Positions 57,910 to 64,000 of a stretch of DNA of 64,000 nucleotides are shown piece by piece. How positions within the stretch are numbered: position 1 is the stretch's first letter; each line of letters opens with the position of its first letter. Location: positions 4,345-68,344 of the forward strand of contig WJKM01000004.1 in assembly GCA_014729085.1 (NCBI GenBank), written 5' to 3'. The translations under genes and the position numbers were made by a program. This DNA is from Candidatus Dojkabacteria bacterium (GTDB lineage: Bacteria; Patescibacteriota; Dojkabacteria; B142; WJKM01). The notes below the pieces were generated by a model. That model worked only from the letters and a program-made list of their open reading frames with translations. It did not search any database and was not told the DNA's origin.

Positions 57910-59190
57910 TTATAATAAACCATTTGAGGATACTAAAAAGATGATGGTAGCCACACCAACTAAAGCTGTTCCTCCAAAAATAACTAAAATCTTATTTCCG
58001 AACTTCTTTTCTCCATTTATTTTAGCAAGAGTGCCTTTTAATGCAGTATTCATTGTTACTGCTAATATAATCCCCTGAACTGCTACATTACGGAATATAG
58101 TTGAATCATTAAACATACTACTTATAGACAATGTAATTGCATCAACATCTACCAATCCTGAAAGTGCGCTGGTAAGATACACACCCGAATTTCCCAAATA
58201 CATTTCAGCTATTTGAATGGCAATTTTGACAAGTGCAAACATAGCAGCCATTTTTAATGCAGGTTTAAAATGAAAAGGACTTCCAAGATTTATTTCAAAG
58301 TCTTTTTTATTTTCCTCTTTCATAACAAAGCCTGATTTAGAAAATAAAACTCCAAGAACTACCATTGTAATAAATATTGGGAGCATGAATAGAAATATAT
58401 CTCCAAGTAACTTGGGAGCTAAAAAACTAATAACGATTATTACACGTAAAAACATAGTAAGTGATGCAATTGTGGTTGCAGCTACAAGCGATGAAGTCAG
58501 GCTTTTATATTTTTTACTTTGATTCGTCATACTAAACGCAACAGCTGTACTAGAAACAAGCCCACCTAAAAATCCATTTAGAACAACTCCAATATTCGAT
58601 CCTATTGTTTTTATTAAAAAATATCCAACAAATTCTAAACCGCTAATTAATACAACTAAAAGCCAAATTGAGGAAGGATTTACTAAACCCCACGGGTCAA
58701 TTGGTGTCTTAGGCAGAATCGGATAAATGATTAACGCTATAGTTGCAAATTTTAGAGTATCAGCCCATTCATCAGCACTTGTATTTCGAATAAAACTATG
58801 TACAACCCTTTCTGACTCTATTAGAATAACAACTACTACAACGAGTACAATTGCGACAATTGTATACTCTGTTAAAGCAAGAAAACCGAATGTAAATGTC
58901 AAAAGAGAAGATACTTCTGTAATAATTCCGTAGAGTCCTTGTTTAGCAAACGCCCAGTATGTTGCTATAACTAATGCAGCAAATGCACCAAACATTACAA
59001 TAAAAATTAAGTTAGAATTCAATTTTTCTAATAAAAAAGCACAAACTGCGCCCAATAACGAAATCAATATAAAAGTTCTAAAACCACTTCCAAGATTTGT
59101 GTGCTTTTGCTTTTCTCTTTCACGCTCAACTCCAATTAAAGCGCCAATTCCTATTGCAATTAAAAATTTCTCGAGCAGTATTGGTTCCAT
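57910..59190 (-). CDS. MgtC/SapB-family membrane protein with C-terminal DUF4010
   Basis: GALIGVEREREKQ...GFRT MgtC motif, followed by a multi-TM DUF4010-like region. 426 aa. Confidence 0.7.
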   Translation of the reverse strand: MEPILLEKFLIAIGIGALIGVEREREKQKHTNLGSGFRTFILISLLGAVCAFLLEKLNSNLIFIVMFGAFAALVIATYWAFAKQGLYGIITEVSSLLTFTFGFLALTEYTIVAIVLVVVVVILIESERVVHSFIRNTSADEWADTLKFATIALIIYPILPKTPIDPWGLVNPSSIWLLVVLISGLEFVGYFLIKTIGSNIGVVLNGFLGGLVSSTAVAFSMTNQSKKYKSLTSSLVAATTIASLTMFLRVIIVISFLAPKLLGDIFLFMLPIFITMVVLGVLFSKSGFVMKEENKKDFEINLGSPFHFKPALKMAAMFALVKIAIQIAEMYLGNSGVYLTSALSGLVDVDAITLSISSMFNDSTIFRNVAVQGIILAVTMNTALKGTLAKINGEKKFGNKILVIFGGTALVGVATIIFLVSSNGLL

Positions 59191-59216
59191 TGTAAGTAAT
59201 CTAACTTAATTTAAAT

Positions 59217-59669
59217 TCATTTAATTTGCTCTCCTATCTTTTTCCCCCAATCTTTTATCTCTTCTAATTTTTCATCTGTAAAATCAGAATTTATAGGCAG
59301 ATTCTTATAAATGATATGTCCACCTTGCTTTTTAATGGTATCTTCAATCGTATGTATTGCAGCACAATATGAATCTTCATAGGCTTCATCTCCACATCCA
59401 AAAACAGCAACTTTTTTAGTTGCCAAATCATAATCAGAAAGCTCTTCATGAAAAGGTTCGAAATCATATTGCAAGGCTCCCAAATCCCAAGTTGAACAAC
59501 CAAAAATAATATATTCATATTCATCTAAATCTTTAATTTGGGCATCAAGAACATTCTTTACTGTTATATTGCTAATGCCAGCTTCTTCAAGACCCTCCTT
59601 GACATATTGAGAACACATTTGGGTGTTGCCTGTTGTTGAACCGTAAATAATAAGTACTTTCTTTTCCAT
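59217..59669 (-). CDS. flavodoxin
   Basis: MEKKVLIIYGSTTGNTQMCSQ FMN-binding loop. The start is moved to ATG 59669. The ORF-track extension to 59735 has no support. Confidence 0.8.
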   Translation of the reverse strand: MEKKVLIIYGSTTGNTQMCSQYVKEGLEEAGISNITVKNVLDAQIKDLDEYEYIIFGCSTWDLGALQYDFEPFHEELSDYDLATKKVAVFGCGDEAYEDSYCAAIHTIEDTIKKQGGHIIYKNLPINSDFTDEKLEEIKDWGKKIGEQIK

Positions 59670-59692
59670 ATTTTCTTCTCTAAAAAATAGAT

Positions 59693-60652
59693 TTACTTTA
59701 ATAAAGGATATTCCTTGAAACCAACAAGTTGGCACTCGGGTTCTAGTATAAATCCGTATTTTTCTTGAACCAAAGATTGCATCTCTTTTGCAACTCTAAT
59801 AATATCTTGTGTACTTGCATTTGATTCATTAACAATCATATTAGCATGTTTAGATGAAACTCTAGCACCACCATGACTTAAAGATCCCTTAACTCCTATC
59901 TTATCTAAATAGTAAGCAGCAAATTTCATCTTCCGTTCATTAATTACAGGTAACTTTTCCCAACAGTCATCATCTTCTCTGAAATTTCGAAAAAAACTTC
60001 CACAAGTTCCGGCTGTAGGATATCTAATATTTCGGTGTCTGATTATTTCGTCTCTACGCCCTTTAGCATACGAAACTTCATCATCATCTACTTTTTTCAA
60101 TTTGAATGTTGCATCTAATAAGAAATGTTCTTTATTCTCTAATTTAGAGGTATCATATCCAAAATTAAACCAATCCTTATCAACTTTTTTTGTGAGCAGT
60201 GATTTTCGATCGATTATAGTTGCAGATACAATAAAGTCTGACAACAGGGAATCAAAATAATGAATATTTATATAAACAGATCCGCCAACAGTGCCTGGGA
60301 TTCCGCTGAATTCTTCAAGCCCGACAAAATTTGAGTCTAAACAGTAATTAATTAATTCTAGAATTTGAACGCCAGCTCCAGATTTAATAAACCCCTGTTC
60401 CTCAGAAACAATTTCCTTCTGCTTTAAATTAGGTTTAATAACTAATCCTTGAAAGCCATTGTCACTTATTAAAACATTGGCTCCACTTCCTAAAATAAAA
60501 ACTTTTAGATCTTTTTCTTTAGCAAAATTCAAAGCTTCCTTAAAATCCGTATTTGATTCTGGTTTACAGAAATATCTTGCTTTTCCGCCAGTTTTAAACC
60601 AATTTTTATTTTTCAATTCAACATTTTGTGCAGTATCCATACTTAAAGACAT
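59693..60652 (-). CDS. murB: UDP-N-acetylenolpyruvoylglucosamine reductase MurB
   Basis: FAD-binding N-terminal domain (FKTGGKARYFCKPESNTDFKEAL...FILGSGANVLISD) and MurB C-terminal domain. Confidence 0.85.
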   Translation of the reverse strand: MSLSMDTAQNVELKNKNWFKTGGKARYFCKPESNTDFKEALNFAKEKDLKVFILGSGANVLISDNGFQGLVIKPNLKQKEIVSEEQGFIKSGAGVQILELINYCLDSNFVGLEEFSGIPGTVGGSVYINIHYFDSLLSDFIVSATIIDRKSLLTKKVDKDWFNFGYDTSKLENKEHFLLDATFKLKKVDDDEVSYAKGRRDEIIRHRNIRYPTAGTCGSFFRNFREDDDCWEKLPVINERKMKFAAYYLDKIGVKGSLSHGGARVSSKHANMIVNESNASTQDIIRVAKEMQSLVQEKYGFILEPECQLVGFKEYPLLK

Positions 60653-60993
60653 TAAACATTAGGTGAAGGAAGCGCTGAGCTACCATAAAATAGGACAATT
60701 AAACTATAAGAAAGAAAAATTAATATCAGGCTAAAGATTACAACCGAAATAACATTTGTTAATAAAAATATAATCACCATATAGTCAAACCTTAATTTCC
60801 ATTTTGTATAACAATATAAATATAAGAAAAGATCTAAAAATAACGATATTCCTACCATTGCAAACCAAAAAATTCCGTTTGGAATTATTGGTGCTAGATA
60901 GTAGTTTAATATTATAAAGATGAAAGATATTAATAGACTAACAACAAAAATTATGAAATATTGTTTGAATCTATGGGACTTAAAAATTTTCAT
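60652..60993 (-). CDS. hypothetical small membrane protein
   Basis: 113 aa, three or four hydrophobic helices. Confidence 0.35.
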   Translation of the reverse strand: MKIFKSHRFKQYFIIFVVSLLISFIFIILNYYLAPIIPNGIFWFAMVGISLFLDLFLYLYCYTKWKLRFDYMVIIFLLTNVISVVIFSLILIFLSYSLIVLFYGSSALPSPNV

Positions 60994-61030
60994 GTTTTAA
61001 ATTGATTATATTAATAGGAAAAAGTATAAA

Positions 61031-61459
61031 TTACTTATGTATTTTATCTTGTAATCTAAACTTATTAGCTAACTTTTCTCCCTCTTCATTAGTTAGTCTT
61101 CTATCCTTATCGTGTTGCATATCTCCAATTTTTGAAATGGCATCTGTCCAGTCATTATAACCTCCGTTATGTGGAATTAAGTGCACATGACAATGGGGGA
61201 CCATCCTCCCTAATGTTAATGTATCCACATATTCAAATCCCAAATTTAAAAAATGTTTTCCGATCTTTTGGATTACAGTCGAATATTCTTTAATATTTAC
61301 TACTTCCCATATATTAATATGATGTTTCTTAGGAATTACAATTGTATGTCCCTTCGTGAACTGCGATTGATCTAAAATGGCCAAAAAATTTTTATCTTCA
61401 TATATGTTATAACTTGGCAAGTCTTTGTCGACAATTCTACAAAAAACACAATCACTCAT
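61031..61459 (-). CDS. HIT-family (histidine triad) protein
   Basis: CVFCRI...PHCHVHLIPH histidine triad. Confidence 0.8.
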   Translation of the reverse strand: MSDCVFCRIVDKDLPSYNIYEDKNFLAILDQSQFTKGHTIVIPKKHHINIWEVVNIKEYSTVIQKIGKHFLNLGFEYVDTLTLGRMVPHCHVHLIPHNGGYNDWTDAISKIGDMQHDKDRRLTNEEGEKLANKFRLQDKIHK

Positions 61460-61622
61460 ATTTTTATGCTAACAATATGAAAATAATATCACTTATTCTT
61501 ATTATATTAAATCTTGGAAATTAAGAAAATTAATAATTAAATTGAAAATATTTGATTTTTTATGTTAATCTTACTTGTATTCCAACTACGAAGAAGCTAT
61601 TTATAATTATTAATTAAAATCA

Positions 61623-62489
61623 ATGACAAAGAAAAAAGAAACTTCATCAAAGCAAACTTCCCATAAAAATCCAAGCGAAGATATATATACCATTGATGTC
61701 CAACCATTTTTATTACCAATTGCTATTTTAATTTCTTCACTAATCTTATCCTTCGCAATGATTATTTCTGCTGGAAGAATAGGAAGAATTTCCGAAAATA
61801 CCAATTCAGGAGACAAAGAAATTATTAATGAACCACAAAATAATGGGGAAGATACAACTGTAGGTAATACCAGCATAGATGATGATGCAGTAAAGGGAAA
61901 CAAAGATAAAGCAAAAGTCGCAATCGTAGAATTTAGTGATTATTCTTGTCCATTCTGCTCAAAATTTTATCAGAATACACTTCCTAAAATTCAAGATAAT
62001 TTTATAAAGAATGATAAGGCAGTATTTGTATACAGAGATTTACCTCTATCTTTTCATGAATATGCACAAATACAAGCTGAAGCTGCTGAATGTGCCGGCG
62101 AAGAAGGAGAAGACATGTATTATGCAATGCATGACCGAATTTTTGAGGAATTGATAAATAAACAAACCGAAATGCAAAAACTCACTCAAGAAGAGTACGA
62201 AAACCTATCAGATGAACAAATGCTTGAGTATCAAGTACATGGAGATATTCTTAAAGAATTAGCAAAGGAACTTAAATTAGATACCTCAAAATTCAACAAA
62301 TGTTTAGATGAGGGTTTAATGAAATCTGAAGTTGAAGCAGATGCAAAAGATGCAAACGCTACAGGAATAAACGGAACTCCAGGATTTGTAGTCGGGATCC
62401 TTAATGAAGATGGTTCAGTTGAAGGTGAGGTAATATCGGGAGCTCAACCCTACGAATCATTTGAAAAAGCAATAAACAACTATTTATAG
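61623..62489 (+). CDS. membrane-anchored DsbA-like thiol:disulfide oxidoreductase
   Basis: N-terminal TM anchor. Thioredoxin-fold CPFC active site (FSDYSCPFCSKFY). DsbA-type helical insertion. Confidence 0.7.
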   Translation: MTKKKETSSKQTSHKNPSEDIYTIDVQPFLLPIAILISSLILSFAMIISAGRIGRISENTNSGDKEIINEPQNNGEDTTVGNTSIDDDAVKGNKDKAKVAIVEFSDYSCPFCSKFYQNTLPKIQDNFIKNDKAVFVYRDLPLSFHEYAQIQAEAAECAGEEGEDMYYAMHDRIFEELINKQTEMQKLTQEEYENLSDEQMLEYQVHGDILKELAKELKLDTSKFNKCLDEGLMKSEVEADAKDANATGINGTPGFVVGILNEDGSVEGEVISGAQPYESFEKAINNYL

Positions 62490-62512
62490 ATCAAATCTAT
62501 TAGTATAGTGCA

Positions 62513-62541
62513 AAAGCGTGAATTTATTTCACGCTTTTTTG
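62513..62541 (+). terminator. rho-independent terminator after the dsbA-like gene
   Basis: GCGTGAA-tttat-TTCACGC followed by TTTTTT. Confidence 0.7.
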
Positions 62542-62580
62542 TTATACTTTATAATAAATCCAAAATATTAAAGTTTTTTT

Positions 62581-63087
62581 ATGTTCTATCGAAACCAAAA
62601 AATTATTCAACCAGATTTCGCCGTTCGTAAATTTTCGAAAAAAAATAATCTGGTTTTTACATCTGGCGTATACGACATTTTACATATTGGCCATATAAAA
62701 TTTCTAAGGGCTGCAAAAAACATTGTAAAAAATGATGGACATTTACTTGTGGCTATACACGAAGATGAATTTGTAAAACAAGTAAAAGGTCCAGATAGAC
62801 CCTACACAAAAACAAATGAGAGACTTGAAATATTAAGCGAATTAATCTGTGTAGACTATGCAGTATCCTGGTCTGGATGGGAAAGTATAGTAAGTTTTAC
62901 TAAACGCTTAAAACCCAAATATTTTGCAATCACAGATAAAAATTGGGACCACTCTCGAAAAGGAAATTGGAAAGCTCAAACCTGGGATGAAGTCGCTGAA
63001 GAAATAAATACGGAGATTGTTCAAATTCCTCTTTATAAAAATTATTCTTCATCAAAAATTATCAATAAAGAAAATGGCTTTATATAA
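62581..63087 (+). CDS. cytidylyltransferase-like nucleotidyltransferase (HxGH family)
   Basis: FTSGVYDILHIGHIKFL HxGH motif. 168 aa. Resembles the RfaE domain II / glycerol-3-phosphate cytidylyltransferase class. Confidence 0.6.
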   Translation: MFYRNQKIIQPDFAVRKFSKKNNLVFTSGVYDILHIGHIKFLRAAKNIVKNDGHLLVAIHEDEFVKQVKGPDRPYTKTNERLEILSELICVDYAVSWSGWESIVSFTKRLKPKYFAITDKNWDHSRKGNWKAQTWDEVAEEINTEIVQIPLYKNYSSSKIINKENGFI

Positions 63088-63790
63088 AACCGAGGGTCTA
63101 ATCTATAAAATAAAAAATATGCATGACTCTAATAAACTTGTTTGGATACTAAGTAAAGACAAGGGAAAAATTAATTCTATAGCAAAAGGTGTAAAAAAAA
63201 TCTCAAGTAAAAGAGCAGGTCATATTGATATTTTTAACCATAACAAATTTACATTTTACAAAGGTCGAAATCTTGATATTTTAACAGAAACTTCTTCAAT
63301 CAAATCATACGAAAATATCAAAAAAAAATTCGTTTTCGAAACCTTCTATCTTGCTGAACTAATTGATTCGATAATTGTTGAACCTTCGGAGTCAAATAAA
63401 ATTCTGAATTACCTGCTCGTTATATATGATAACGCCACTGAATCAAATTTTATTAAGCTATTAGCATTTTTTGAAATAAAACTATTGCAGACTCTCGGAT
63501 TTGAACCTAACTTACATACTTTTCTTGATACCAATTCCGCTCTTAAAATTGAAGATGAGATATATTTTTCAAACACAACGCCGGGATTTTTATCATTTGG
63601 CGAAAAAGAATTCTTGGTTAATCCTAATACAATCAAATGCCAGAGATTCTTTCTAAATAACTTTATCTACGAAACTCTTAAATTGGATATTGAGAAAAAA
63701 ACATTAAAGCAAATATCAAGAATTAATAAAATCTGGCTTCAAACAGTAATTGATAAAAAATTAAAATCGTTACAATTTGTTAAAACCTAA
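63074..63790 (+). CDS. recO: DNA repair protein RecO
   Basis: MALYKTEGLIYKIKNMHDSNKLVWILSKDKGKINSIAKGVKK resembles the RecO N-terminal OB fold. The start is moved to ATG 63074, overlapping the upstream gene by 14 nt. Confidence 0.6.
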   Translation: MALYKTEGLIYKIKNMHDSNKLVWILSKDKGKINSIAKGVKKISSKRAGHIDIFNHNKFTFYKGRNLDILTETSSIKSYENIKKKFVFETFYLAELIDSIIVEPSESNKILNYLLVIYDNATESNFIKLLAFFEIKLLQTLGFEPNLHTFLDTNSALKIEDEIYFSNTTPGFLSFGEKEFLVNPNTIKCQRFFLNNFIYETLKLDIEKKTLKQISRINKIWLQTVIDKKLKSLQFVKT

Positions 63791-63793
63791 AAA

Positions 63794-63988
63794 TTAAATT
63801 TCCGTAAGCTTCACCTCCCCTTTACTAACTGACTTATTTTTATAATCGTTTATTCTAAGATAAGTAAGTGTCCAGTACAATTCATGAAAAGTTACGAAAG
63901 GCCCCTGTATTGCAGCCGAGAATAATGTAAATATAACTAATAATAAAAATGCATAGATTAATGCAGCAATAATATTAAACATTATCAA
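63794..63988 (-). CDS. hypothetical small membrane protein
   Basis: 64 aa, one or two hydrophobic helices. Confidence 0.3.
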   Translation of the reverse strand: MIMFNIIAALIYAFLLLVIFTLFSAAIQGPFVTFHELYWTLTYLRINDYKNKSVSKGEVKLTEI

Positions 63989-64000
63989 ACTTACAAATCC

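Noticed and set aside
57430-59190. Possible gene fusion of the Nudix and MgtC genes (57430..57909 and 57910..59190 abut exactly)
   Set aside because: The Nudix ORF begins with its own ATG immediately after the MgtC stop. This is simple tight operon packing, not a fusion.
59670-59735. 22-codon N-terminal extension of flavodoxin (MPTCWFQGISFIKVNLFFREEN)
   Set aside because: Flavodoxins begin at the MKxxIxYGSxTGNT loop, and ATG 59669 gives that. The extension has no homology support.
1-64000. Alternative genetic code (UGA reassignment, as in some candidate-phylum lineages)
   Set aside because: Long uninterrupted ORFs of 1107, 1106, 859, 822 and 754 aa, with sensible domain content, are obtained with the standard code. 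Nothing requires stop-codon reassignment.
1-64000. CRISPR arrays, rRNA genes, restriction-modification, toxin-antitoxin or transposase genes
   Set aside because: There are no regularly spaced direct repeats and no rRNA-like conserved stretches. I found no nuclease, methyltransferase, integrase or transposase motifs in any ORF.

Overview
This is a very AT-rich (roughly 30% GC) bacterial chromosomal segment read with the standard genetic code. The coding content looks like a small-genome, low-GC fermentative bacterium (Firmicutes-like or candidate-phylum-like); it is mostly housekeeping genes, not an obvious island. Recognisable genes include a partial Mur ligase, GT2 glycosyltransferases, class II LysRS, Mfd, MutS, split RarA, a class A PBP, MiaA, PadR, Fur, PflB/PflA, phosphoketolase, an ABC-2 transporter, an M29 aminopeptidase, MurB, flavodoxin, HIT, DsbA-like, RecO and one tRNA-Leu(UAG). 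The most unusual content is RNA-based and tRNA-centred. First, two T-box riboswitch leaders are each followed by an intrinsic terminator. One precedes a 1107-aa LysRS fused to an HD hydrolase domain, a PheT-type B3/4 (editing-like) domain and a DUF2000-like C-terminal domain. The other precedes a 625-aa uncharacterised protein whose C-terminal half resembles an ATP-grasp ligase. Second, a free-standing paralogue of the LysRS HD domain and an ATE/Bpt-type aminoacyl-tRNA-protein transferase lie nearby. Third, a roughly 120-bp intergenic element occurs twice, directly after tRNA-Leu and about 35 kb away, with a compensatory hairpin between the copies. Fourth, a PadR regulator is translationally coupled to an 1106-aa HAAS/DUF1700-like polytopic membrane protein. 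Fifth, a membrane glycosylation cluster (two GT-C enzymes, an exosortase-like protein, an SLT) sits next to a GC-elevated, Cys-rich SLH-domain protein. All domain calls are by eye from motifs, and no database searches were possible.
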